DNA of 64,000 nucleotides from Blautia sp. (GCA_017459635.1 JAFUCO010000066.1:4797-68796), one strand, 5' to 3'; numbered from the stretch's first letter, positions 1 to 8,503 are shown. Translations and numbers: made by a program. Notes: generated from the letters alone by a model not told the origin.

Positions 1-1312
1 CATTTCTCTTTTCCCCGACAACAGTAAAAAAGTTCTTATACAGAATGGGTGTTGAAAAAGCTTCCAGGGAACTGCACAATGTACATATTCCGTCCTCAGT
101 CAAATTACCGGAAGTTTTACATACTCGGCACTCTCTTGTTGCGCTTCCCTTCTTTTGACCGTTCAGATACCTTATCTTTTCCGGAGTATAACGGGAAGCT
201 TTATTCTCAGACATCTGCATGCTTACTTCACGAAACAATGATGAATAGCTCCCTGAAGGTTTATTCTCAAGGTCGTTTGCACTGGCTTCTGCCATCCCTG
301 CAGCAACATAAAGTGCCACGCCAAACTCCCTGAGGAAAAAGTCATTACACTGTTCTTTCAAGGCAGATACAGTCATCCTGGTCTGTTCGGTATTAGCCGC
401 AAGAATATAGCAGTGTCCTCCTCCTGAATAGATCAGGTTTGCCCTTGAAAGGTTCAACTTCTCCAGAAGCTCATCAATCATATGTTCCATAAGTATCTCA
501 AGATAGAAAGAGCGGGATCTTAACATCCTGAGTGCTCCTTCACTGTGTATCGTATAGATAAAACTCTGGATACCTGATATATCAAGTGATATCAGCAGGA
601 ACACTTTCTCCTTATAGAAATCTGCTGCTCTCTGATATAGATACTCCTTGTAATTCGATATTCCTTTATCCTGAAGGAAGCCGAATATAGAGCTTGCATA
701 TGCAGCTGTTATCTTACAGTGATCAAACAGAGAAATGTCTGCCAGTTCCCCTTTGGCAGTCGAAGACGGTATGTATGATGTATACGCTTCCAGTGTACTC
801 AGAAGAGAATTCACATAAGAATTATCAGCATGATCTATCCCTTTAATCACAGGGATGAGCTCTGCACGAATCTTATTATAGAAGGATTGATCAAACGTTA
901 TCTCCTTCTGCGTAGGCATATTGATGCCAGAAGCGTTGTCGAGTGTTCTGGGTGAATAATGGAGATTCCCTTTATTACCATTTAAAATATTGAAGATACT
1001 CTGTAAAGGTATTTCCGGGTCAAATCCTTCTTTACCTTCGTCTTTTTCCCTGCGGTCTGACGCAGCTGCAATATTATCAGCAATATACACAATGTAGGCA
1101 AGCGAATCATCACTCAGTTTACCGTCTCTCATTGCAGCTGCATGATGATATTTGACAGCATCAAGGATTGAGTTATCTTTGATTCCTATCTCATCCCGCA
1201 GAAATTCGTATCCGGAAATACTATGCTGTCGTCTGTCTCCCGAACGGTATAATACCTTCCCAATGTCATGGAGCAGAGATCCAAATATCAGTTTCTTCTG
1301 TTCATCTGTCAT
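1..1312 (-). CDS. cas10: Type III-A CRISPR-associated protein Cas10/Csm1, N-terminal ~437 aa (runs off the window edge)
   Basis: Hand translation from ATG at 1312 (overlaps the cas6 stop, TAATG): MTDEQKKLIFGSLLHDIGK (HD domain), ADNIAAASDRR, DISLFDHCKITAA, DISGIQSFIY, RSRSFYLEILMEH, IYSGGGHCY, Zn-finger CRVC..CTLC. Absent from the ORF track because there is no stop in the window. Confidence 0.95.
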   Translation of the reverse strand, partial: MTDEQKKLIFGSLLHDIGKVLYRSGDRRQHSISGYEFLRDEIGIKDNSILDAVKYHHAAAMRDGKLSDDSLAYIVYIADNIAAASDRREKDEGKEGFDPEIPLQSIFNILNGNKGNLHYSPRTLDNASGINMPTQKEITFDQSFYNKIRAELIPVIKGIDHADNSYVNSLLSTLEAYTSYIPSSTAKGELADISLFDHCKITAAYASSIFGFLQDKGISNYKEYLYQRAADFYKEKVFLLISLDISGIQSFIYTIHSEGALRMLRSRSFYLEILMEHMIDELLEKLNLSRANLIYSGGGHCYILAANTEQTRMTVSALKEQCNDFFLREFGVALYVAAGMAEASANDLENKPSGSYSSLFREVSMQMSENKASRYTPEKIRYLNGQKKGSATRECRVCKTSGNLTEDGICTLCSSLEAFSTPILYKNFFTVVGEKRN

Positions 1313-2094
1313 TACTTCCCTCCTTTTGCTGCTTTACCTTTTTGAAACTCATTACTTTTTTCCAAAACCTGTATATTTCCCATCCCCATCGCTGTTTTTA
1401 TTCCCGCTCCGGAGTATTCTCCATAACGGAAAAGCAATGTAGCGAGATTCACCAATTGTTGCGGTCCATGTAGTTTTATTGTCAGGGTCCCCTGAAAAGC
1501 CGGTATTCTCACACCCTCTAACGAGAAGTAAGTACTTCTTAGATTATAGCCTATAATCTCTGTGTAAGAAGCCAGGTCCTCCAATGCTTCCTCCATCCAG
1601 ATCGAATTATTCTCCGAGAAAGAATCAAAGCGTTTCATGAGGCTATGATAGATCAGGTGTATATCCGGAATAAAAACATATTTACCATCCTGCTTGAATG
1701 AACATGGTGTACAGAACTGCAGTCTCATTATGCGTTCATTATCCGCAAAATAGTATTTTTCTATAAGATCCTGATAAGTAGTTTTGTACAATTCCTTTGA
1801 TGTTATATGCAGCGTCTCATCATAATGCTTTAGATAGATGTCTTTTCTCTCTGACTCAAGAAATACAGATATTATCTCTTTCTCCGCTTCTTCATCGAGC
1901 GTACAAAGCTTCCAAATATTTTTTCCCTGAACGGTTCTTAAACTCTGTGAATATGGACGCAAAGATGAAATGTGCATTTTCCCGGCATACTCAGGAGAAA
2001 CCAGCTCCATTACTACACCATGCAATAGAGCCGCACTGTGATATCTCAGGTTGTTACTATCAGTCTTAAGTTCCATTGTAAGTCTGGCAGGCAT
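1312..2094 (-). CDS. cas6: CRISPR-associated endoribonuclease Cas6
   Basis: LHGVVME, RPYSQ, FCTPCSFKQDG and the C-terminal Gly-rich loop GEYSGAGIKTAMGMG; directly upstream of cas10. Confidence 0.95.
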   Translation of the reverse strand: MPARLTMELKTDSNNLRYHSAALLHGVVMELVSPEYAGKMHISSLRPYSQSLRTVQGKNIWKLCTLDEEAEKEIISVFLESERKDIYLKHYDETLHITSKELYKTTYQDLIEKYYFADNERIMRLQFCTPCSFKQDGKYVFIPDIHLIYHSLMKRFDSFSENNSIWMEEALEDLASYTEIIGYNLRSTYFSLEGVRIPAFQGTLTIKLHGPQQLVNLATLLFRYGEYSGAGIKTAMGMGNIQVLEKSNEFQKGKAAKGGK

Positions 2095-2174
2095 AATTAT
2101 TCCTTTCGATTGGATTTTTCTATTTATATTCTTCAGGCATTGCGAAAGACAAGTCTGTTTGTAACGGGTTTTAT

Positions 2175-2279
2175 ATTCTGTCCCCTTACGGGGGTTCTTA
2201 TATTCTCAACGTTTATCGAGCATATTGATACACAGCAGCTTGCATTTTTCCGTCCCCTTCCGGGGCTCTTATATTCAAC
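2175..2279 (-). CRISPR. Degenerate CRISPR mini-array: 2 repeats, 1 spacer
   Basis: Repeats attctgtccccttacgggggttcttatattctcaac (2175-2210) and tttccgtccccttccggggctcttatattcaac (2247-2279), each with a CCCC-N4-GGGG hairpin, separated by a 36-nt unique spacer (2211-2246); about 80 bp upstream of cas6. Orientation inferred from the leader position and the GGGGACGGAAA 3' end. Confidence 0.8.
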
Positions 2280-2420
2280 CCCTGAAAGTCCTTATTTTTT
2301 CCAGCGTCTCAGACCAGTTTACGGGAGAAAAGTGAACTGAGGTATTTTCTCCTTCAAATTCACCTCAAAAGCATTGAGTCCCTTTATAAAATGGGCATCG
2401 GGGGAAAATCTTTCTTTTTA
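2280..2420 (-). promoter_or_regulatory. Probable CRISPR leader
   Basis: AT-rich non-coding stretch abutting the first repeat; resembles clostridial type III leaders from memory; a TATAAT lies further upstream on the minus strand (2503-2508). Confidence 0.5.
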
Positions 2421-2547
2421 GGCTTCTTATACATTGTTTTAATAAACACCATGACGATCACGCTCAACTATTATTCTTCTGCTCTAATACCTGAATAACC
2501 CTATTATACTACTGCCTCTTATTTCCTTTACTAAATCTCATATATTC

Positions 2548-2597
2548 GGGACGGTTCTCTGTCTTGCTCCCAGAGAAACAAGGCAGAGAACCGTCCC
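2548..2597. repeat. REP-like palindrome, family A (GGGACGGTTCTCTGTC...GGCAGAGAACCGTCCC)
   Basis: Inverted pair of the ~21-bp unit that recurs throughout the window. Confidence 0.85.
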
Positions 2598-2720
2598 AGT
2601 CTTGCTCCGGATAAAGAGCAGCCCCACTAATATATCAAACTTTTATATTTAACGCACTATCAGAAAAATGCGTTTTCCACCACTTGTTTAGAAACAGCTG
2701 CTTTTGTTATTCCAGGATTA

Positions 2721-3395
2721 TCAACCACCAAAAGTAGAAGAATACAAGTTCGCAAAATCAGAAGAACCGGGAATCGTAAAAAGGTACGAAGGCATACCGT
2801 CTTCTGCATCTTTAATAAAAACCTTTAATTCTCCTCCCGTCTTTAATAAGTCTATGAATCTCGTCGAGTAGTCTCCTAACAGAATACCGCTAGCTCCTTG
2901 GTAAAGGATTCCCTGCATCTCAACCGTTCCCTCTGTTTGGGTTTGAACGCTGATCAAGAACGTCTGCCCTCTAGAATAATATCCACGTACTAAACTATTA
3001 TCATACTCCAATAAAGAAATGCTTACAGAGCTTGGTTCTACATATACAGCGGCTTTTAGTCTGGCATCTGTTGTTGCAGAATTGCTAAACGTTCCAGTGA
3101 AATTATTATCATTGATAATATAAGCTTTATCCGTTTGATTTCCAAAATCATCCAAATAATAACGTTTTGCCCAAATGTCTCCAAATTGAGGTTTGTATTC
3201 TTGATGTCCAAAGTGTTCAGTATATAGTCTTTCATAAGCTGTTTTGAGGTCATCGTAAGCAATACGGATCTGTTCTTCGGACATTGTATTTGTGTCGATT
3301 CCATTTATAACACTCGGATCTGGATACTGTTCGAATGCTGGAACAGATGCTGTTAACAAAGCTGCCATAAACGATGCAATAATAATTCTTTTCAT
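2721..3395 (-). CDS. Hypothetical exported protein
   Basis: Open frame; signal-peptide-like MKRIIIASFMAALLTASVPA; start moved to 3395 on the basis of an RBS (aagggaga). Confidence 0.7.
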   Translation of the reverse strand: MKRIIIASFMAALLTASVPAFEQYPDPSVINGIDTNTMSEEQIRIAYDDLKTAYERLYTEHFGHQEYKPQFGDIWAKRYYLDDFGNQTDKAYIINDNNFTGTFSNSATTDARLKAAVYVEPSSVSISLLEYDNSLVRGYYSRGQTFLISVQTQTEGTVEMQGILYQGASGILLGDYSTRFIDLLKTGGELKVFIKDAEDGMPSYLFTIPGSSDFANLYSSTFGG

Positions 3396-3994
3396 AGTTT
3401 CTTTCTCCCTTCTCACAATAAACATGTTCCCTTAGATGCCCTGGATTTCCCTGATAAAGGGTTATTCCTTTCTGTAAACACATATTCTATACCGTTTTCT
3501 GCTTAACCTCATGAGGATATGAATACAATCTCCTCCTGTTTCGGTCAAACACAGTAATTACTATTCCATGTGCCCCAAATTTTAGCAATTCATATGTCCA
3601 TCTGCGGGGACAATGATGAATATTTTCTTAATTAAAAACCAGAAAACTTTTCCGCTGTTTACTTCAGCTCTTTTCCACATTAAAGTATACCAAAAGAGAC
3701 TATCTTAAGCAATGGGATGAGCCAAATATGCCACACAATAATTTCCTAAATGCAAAATTATTTGACATGTTCCTTTGGCAAGGGCTTTTAATGCTTCATT
3801 TTTTGAATTATCATCACTCTCACTAACACGATGAAACAGGGGCCGGTTCTCTGCCTTATAAAACAGGACAGATAACCAGCCCCAGTTCACAGTGACAGGC
3901 ATCACTGTTGGCACCACTGTTCGAAAGGAATCTGATTATGCATGCAGCATCTATACACTTTTCACCGTTTCTCGCATGTCCCCGATAACTGTTT

Positions 3995-5572
3995 CTATTC
4001 TACCTCCCATTCTTCTAACCGGCGCGTTTCCGACTTAAAATCAGCACCGATCTTATAAAGCTTCCTCTGATCCGCTGCGTAGGGATCCGCATAATGCATA
4101 TCATTAATCTGCTGCAACGCTTCTATCGCACTTGCATCACGTTTTAATTCTATGATATACACAAACTGTCTGGTCTCCAGGACACAGTCAATGCGTCCGG
4201 AAGATGTATGTTGTTCACAATGTACATACTGCCCCAACAACGTCAGCGTGATATAAAAAACCGATTGAAAGTCATGTTCAAATGGATCCTTGTTTGTCGG
4301 ATATGGGATTCCGGCAAAAAGGGCTGCAAAGACTCTATGAATACCCTCCAGATCTCCGCTCTCCACATATCGTTTCAGAGACAAAATATCTTTTCCTGAC
4401 CCGGCGCCGATATCTCCCACATATTCAGGCAGAAGGCTTTCCATAAACCCATATTGAACCTCTCTGTTTGGGAACCCCAATGTATAGGCTCTGTCTTCTG
4501 CATTATAATCGAACAATGTAAGATACCCCGTCTGATACAAAAGCGGGATTGGATCCGGATTGTCGTCACTATAATCCTTCAGCATGCGTTTCGTTGCATA
4601 AAGTGTCCCATCTGTAAATTTTCTTGCATCAAAATTCATCGTCCTTAATCTATGTGCCAGAAAAGATGGGGTTCCTGTTTCAAACCAATAGGAATCGAAT
4701 TCCCTGTCTGCCAGAGCACTTAGCAGGCTATATGGATTGTAAACACCTTTCCCTTTTTGATGAAAACGATATCCATCGTATTCCTGTCTGAGCTTTATCA
4801 GACATTCATCAAAAGTCATTTCCTGCTCCGCGGCTAAAGCTTCCAGTTCTGGTTTAAAAACATTTTTCATTTCCAACTCTGTAATGCCACAGATTTCAGC
4901 ATAATCCATACTCATGGAAATATCCCTGAGCTGATTCAAGTCACTGAAAATGCTCACCTTGCTGAACTTTGTCACACCAGTTATAAAGATAAACCGTATG
5001 AAGACATCCGAACTCTTCAATGCACTGAAAAAACCTTTGAACACAGCTTTATTATGTTCTACCAGCTCCTTGTTCTCCATCGTTTCCAATAAGGGTTTAT
5101 CATATTCATCTACCAGTACGACACATTTCTTTCCTGTTTTCGCTACGGCCGCTTCTAATAATGCCCCGAACCTTGCTCCCAATGGGGCTTCACGTGAAGT
5201 ATCACCATACTCTTTTTCCCATTCCTTAAGGTGAACTTCCAGAATCGCTTCTAAAACTCCTTCATCTTTAAAATTCGCTCTGTTAAAGTCAATATAAAAT
5301 ACCGGATATGCAGCCCAGGCATCCGCATTATCCTGCTCAAGCGTTTCAATCAAAAGGCCTTTAAACAGCTCCTTCTTTCCTTCCCAGTAAGCCTTCATTG
5401 TTGAAAGCAGCAAGCTCTTTCCAAACCGTCGTGGCCGGCTCAGAAAATAAGGAACGTCTGTATGAGCAAGCTTATAGATATATCCTGTTTTGTCTACATA
5501 AAGATTCTGATTCTCTATAATCTTTTCGTAGCTCTGAATCCCGATGGGCAGTTTTCTTTCCAGCTGTCTCAT
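3995..5572 (-). CDS. AAA-ATPase-like protein with C-terminal PD-(D/E)XK nuclease domain (PF09820/PDDEXK_9 type)
   Basis: KLPIGIQ, YVDKT, Walker A variant SRPRRFGKS, Walker B VLVDEYDKP, TGVTKFSKVSIFSDLN, C-terminal GRIDCVLE..IIELK; RBS ggagg before ATG 5572. Confidence 0.9.
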   Translation of the reverse strand: MRQLERKLPIGIQSYEKIIENQNLYVDKTGYIYKLAHTDVPYFLSRPRRFGKSLLLSTMKAYWEGKKELFKGLLIETLEQDNADAWAAYPVFYIDFNRANFKDEGVLEAILEVHLKEWEKEYGDTSREAPLGARFGALLEAAVAKTGKKCVVLVDEYDKPLLETMENKELVEHNKAVFKGFFSALKSSDVFIRFIFITGVTKFSKVSIFSDLNQLRDISMSMDYAEICGITELEMKNVFKPELEALAAEQEMTFDECLIKLRQEYDGYRFHQKGKGVYNPYSLLSALADREFDSYWFETGTPSFLAHRLRTMNFDARKFTDGTLYATKRMLKDYSDDNPDPIPLLYQTGYLTLFDYNAEDRAYTLGFPNREVQYGFMESLLPEYVGDIGAGSGKDILSLKRYVESGDLEGIHRVFAALFAGIPYPTNKDPFEHDFQSVFYITLTLLGQYVHCEQHTSSGRIDCVLETRQFVYIIELKRDASAIEALQQINDMHYADPYAADQRKLYKIGADFKSETRRLEEWEVE

Positions 5573-5737
5573 AGTAACACCTCCGTTCCTGATTATGACG
5601 TCAGAGTCAAAAGCATTTGATCCTGATATTATATTATTATAACATGATGAATCCCGGATTGCCACCGGGATAATAGCAAACGTTGTGGCATATCGCTTTT
5701 GATGATGTCTTACCGGCAAAGATCGCATATGTTGATA

Positions 5738-5785
5738 AAGCCTCTTCAGCAGAGAATCTGTTATCTCTTCTGAAGAGGCTTTTCA
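5738..5785. terminator. Rho-independent terminator-like hairpin
   Basis: aagcctcttcag...ctgaagaggctttt stem with A/T tails, downstream of the peptide gene 5900-6154. Confidence 0.65.
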
Positions 5786-5899
5786 TTGTGTATTAAATAT
5801 GTATGCCATGCAGCAGATATACCCACTGCTGCATTCGCACTGATGAAGGACTACTAAAAATCTGTATTCCGGATAGATCTGTGCGGTATCATATTCCTA

Positions 5900-6154
5900 T
5901 TACTTGACTACTGGCTGTGAAGTGAAAGGTATCTGGCTCTGCACGCACGGCTGCGGAGTATTCTGGGCTGACTGCGCGGCGAAAGGTATCTGGCTCTGTA
6001 CGCACGGCTGCGGAGTATCCTGGGCTGACCTCGCGGCAAAAGGTATCTGGTTCTGTACGCACGGCTGTGGAGTATCCTGGCTCTGTCCCGAAGCAACGTT
6101 GCCGCCTGCTACATTGTTAAGTTCCATATCGTTGATTTTGTTCATATCTGTCAT
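5900..6154 (-). CDS. Double-glycine-leader peptide with three 19-aa Cys-containing tandem repeats (84 aa)
   Basis: RBS ggagg 9 nt before ATG 6154; leader MTDMNKINDMELNNVAGG; core QDTPQPCVQNQIPFAARSA repeated three times (57-nt period). Confidence 0.75.
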   Translation of the reverse strand: MTDMNKINDMELNNVAGGNVASGQSQDTPQPCVQNQIPFAARSAQDTPQPCVQSQIPFAAQSAQNTPQPCVQSQIPFTSQPVVK

Positions 6155-6252
6155 TTCTTTATTCCTCCGTATTCTATGTAATATAATGAAAACTTGTAAT
6201 TCTTTTGTTTTCTTTGCTTTGTGTATTTTGTATTTCAACTTACGTAATATCA

Positions 6253-6277
6253 TACGGAGCAGATTGACAGAGTCCAC
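6253..6277 (-). promoter_or_regulatory. Conserved upstream motif GTGGACTCTGT-N10-CGTA (copy 1)
   Basis: Same motif and spacing found at 8013-8037 upstream of the second peptide gene. Confidence 0.6.
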
Positions 6278-6342
6278 ACGGAAGCGTCAAAAATATCAAG
6301 CGGTGTGTTTTTTTATCACTATTAAAAAATGCAGGGATTATT

Positions 6343-6385
6343 GGGGTCAGGTACCATATACCAGCAGTTTATGATACCTGACCCT
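6343..6385. repeat. Palindrome ggggtcaggta...tacctgaccctc (REP-like or terminator)
   Basis: Inverted repeat just downstream of the ATPase gene 6421-7839. Confidence 0.55.
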
Positions 6386-6420
6386 CAGATTTTGGCTCTT
6401 CCAGAATATATAATATGATT

Positions 6421-7839
6421 TCAGAACAACTGTTCACCAGTTATAACATTTTGAAATGCAGAGGCATAGTTCCCCTTTGAAAGACCATTTGCGGAAACAA
6501 GCGTCATATGTATGGCCTTTTTCGGATGAGTCTCCTTTTGAAATGTACTCAATCTGTTCATAAGCCTTTCATATTCTGCTTTGTCCATTTTATAGACGTC
6601 ATCTGTATATTTCATTTCACATAGATTGATAACATCGTCTTTACGATCAATTAAAAGATCAATCTGTGCTCCCGGAATCGACGTCTCGCTCCTCCAGGCA
6701 TATTCCATAGTATCTACCCCGGTAATTCCAAGTGCTGCTTTAATTTTTGGAACATGGTTTATGCAGCATATCTCAAAGGCATTTCCTCTCCAGGCATTAT
6801 AGGCAGGAGAATGTATATATTCCATCCAGGAAGTATGTTTGTGTGGTTTCACAAATCTCAGACTGAACAATACGAATGGATCAACAAGCTGGAAATAGGC
6901 TCCATTAGTCGGTTTTGTATAATTTGTATTTCTTCTGATAAATCCGCATTGTTCCAGTTCCAGCAGATTCTCGGTCAGAACAGACCCGCCTCCGATTGCT
7001 TCAACTTCCGATAATTCCTGCCTCGTTTTACCACTTTTAGATTCAGAAAGAGCTTTAATAATTGCCATGTGCTTTTCAGGTTTCTTAAACAGAGAATAGA
7101 ATAATTCATCATATTCGTCTTTTAAATCGCCATATGGCTTAAAAATAAGCTCATCTATGTTTTGTGCAAGGGAAAGGCGTGAATCAAATAAATCCAGATA
7201 ATAAGGAATACCTCCAAAAACCATGTAGCATTCTATCATCTGCGCCTTTGTCAAAACGATACCATTGTACTCCAGAAGTGCCTTGCACTCCGTTAGAGTA
7301 AAAGGAAGAAGCCTGATCCGCCTGGTAACACGATTATGAAATCCCTTCCGTTCTTTCAGCATATGTTTCATGATCCATGATGTAGCTGATCCACAGACTA
7401 TCAGCAGAAGATCCTCCTGAGAAGAAGCCCAGCTGTTCCAAAAATACTCAAGAGCACTTTTGAAATCTGATCTGACTGTATCCATCCATGGAAGCTCATC
7501 CAGAAAAACAATACGTCTGTTACTTACCGGATCCCTGTAAATGTCCTTTGTTTCAAGAAGTGTCCGCAGCCGTGTGAATGCTTCAAACCAATCATCTGGT
7601 ACCTTTTTCTCTGTACAGCCATATACCTGCAGACTTGCATGGAATGCCTTTAACTGCCCTTTCGTTTTCTCGTCAGAAAGACCCGTTGCATAAAAAGAGA
7701 ACTGCCCGTTAAAGTATTCTTTAACAAGAAATGTTTTGCCTACGCGGCGTCTTCCATAAACCACAACAAATTCCGGTCGCTTTGATGATAGACAATTCGA
7801 AAGAACTTCCTTTTCCCGATTTCTTCCTATGATTCTCAT
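6421..7839 (-). CDS. ATP-binding protein (ATPase_2/archaeal-ATPase type) with winged helix and C-terminal PD-(D/E)XK-like domain
   Basis: MRIIGR, Walker A YGRRRVGKT, Walker B FLDELPW, CGSATSW, GGIPYYL, C-terminal QIDLLIDRKD..LCEMK. Confidence 0.88.
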   Translation of the reverse strand: MRIIGRNREKEVLSNCLSSKRPEFVVVYGRRRVGKTFLVKEYFNGQFSFYATGLSDEKTKGQLKAFHASLQVYGCTEKKVPDDWFEAFTRLRTLLETKDIYRDPVSNRRIVFLDELPWMDTVRSDFKSALEYFWNSWASSQEDLLLIVCGSATSWIMKHMLKERKGFHNRVTRRIRLLPFTLTECKALLEYNGIVLTKAQMIECYMVFGGIPYYLDLFDSRLSLAQNIDELIFKPYGDLKDEYDELFYSLFKKPEKHMAIIKALSESKSGKTRQELSEVEAIGGGSVLTENLLELEQCGFIRRNTNYTKPTNGAYFQLVDPFVLFSLRFVKPHKHTSWMEYIHSPAYNAWRGNAFEICCINHVPKIKAALGITGVDTMEYAWRSETSIPGAQIDLLIDRKDDVINLCEMKYTDDVYKMDKAEYERLMNRLSTFQKETHPKKAIHMTLVSANGLSKGNYASAFQNVITGEQLF

Positions 7840-8012
7840 ATCTTTCACCCTTGAATTATAAATCGCCAAACACATGTTATTTAATACTATTTTGGCGTTT
7901 TATATATATTTTACTCCTTCTATTTCGCCAGTTATATACAAAGATATCATAATCCACTTCCGATGTCAATAATCATCCTTACAACTGTAATAGTGGAACA
8001 ATAAATTAATCC

Positions 8013-8037
8013 GTGGACTCTGTTCCTCCTGTGCGTA
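8013..8037 (+). promoter_or_regulatory. Conserved upstream motif GTGGACTCTGT-N10-CGTA (copy 2)
   Basis: Matches 6253-6277 on the opposite strand. Confidence 0.6.
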
Positions 8038-8163
8038 GGTATATATGTGAGATGAAACAAAGCAAAATAAATATCTCACTTAAGTAGAAATCAAAAATAA
8101 TTCATAACATCAACAAGCCTTCGGGCAGTACATAATAATTATATAGAAAAGGAGAATAATAAA

Positions 8164-8358
8164 ATGAAAAAATCAGATACAATGGAACTCAGCAATGCAG
8201 CAGGCGGCAGAATGATCTACGCAATCGATGAGCCGGAACTTGGAATGGCTCCGAAGATTACCATTCAGAAAGCAATGGCTCCAAGTATTCCCGTTTGGAG
8301 AGCAATGGCTCCGAAGATCACTATTCAGAAGGCAATGGCTCCAAAGATTACTATTTGA
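8164..8358 (+). CDS. Double-glycine-leader peptide with four 10-aa tandem repeats (64 aa)
   Basis: RBS aaggaga; leader MKKSDTMELSNAAGG; repeats MAPKITIQKA / MAPSIPVWRA / MAPKITIQKA / MAPKITI (30-nt period, synonymous differences between copies). Confidence 0.75.
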   Translation: MKKSDTMELSNAAGGRMIYAIDEPELGMAPKITIQKAMAPSIPVWRAMAPKITIQKAMAPKITI

Positions 8359-8372
8359 AAGTGAACAAGAAT

Positions 8373-8431
8373 ACACGAAGGGGACGGATCTCTGTGCTGG
8401 TAAATCAGCACAGAGATCCGTCCCCTTGTGT
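8373..8431. repeat. REP-like palindrome, family A variant, possibly acting as terminator
   Basis: aaggggacggatctctgtgctg-gtaaat-cagcacagagatccgtcccctt long stem. Confidence 0.8.
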
Positions 8432-8503
8432 TCGTCCCGCTATATCCGATTACCTTTGCAGAAATACCATCTTTAGTGGGGCTTTAAAAACGCCTCCAAT
8501 CCA

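Noticed and set aside
915-940. Partial similarity of the CRISPR spacer to cas10 (gcatattgat...cag.agc)
   Set aside because: Only a 10-nt exact match plus a gapped extension, and in the same sense as the inferred crRNA, so it could not pair with cas10 mRNA; probably chance.
5904-6374. Plus-strand 156-aa ORF with Cys/Trp repeats (GIWLCTHGCG)
   Set aside because: It is the antisense of the repeat peptide; the minus-strand frame has the RBS, GG leader, conserved upstream motif and terminator.
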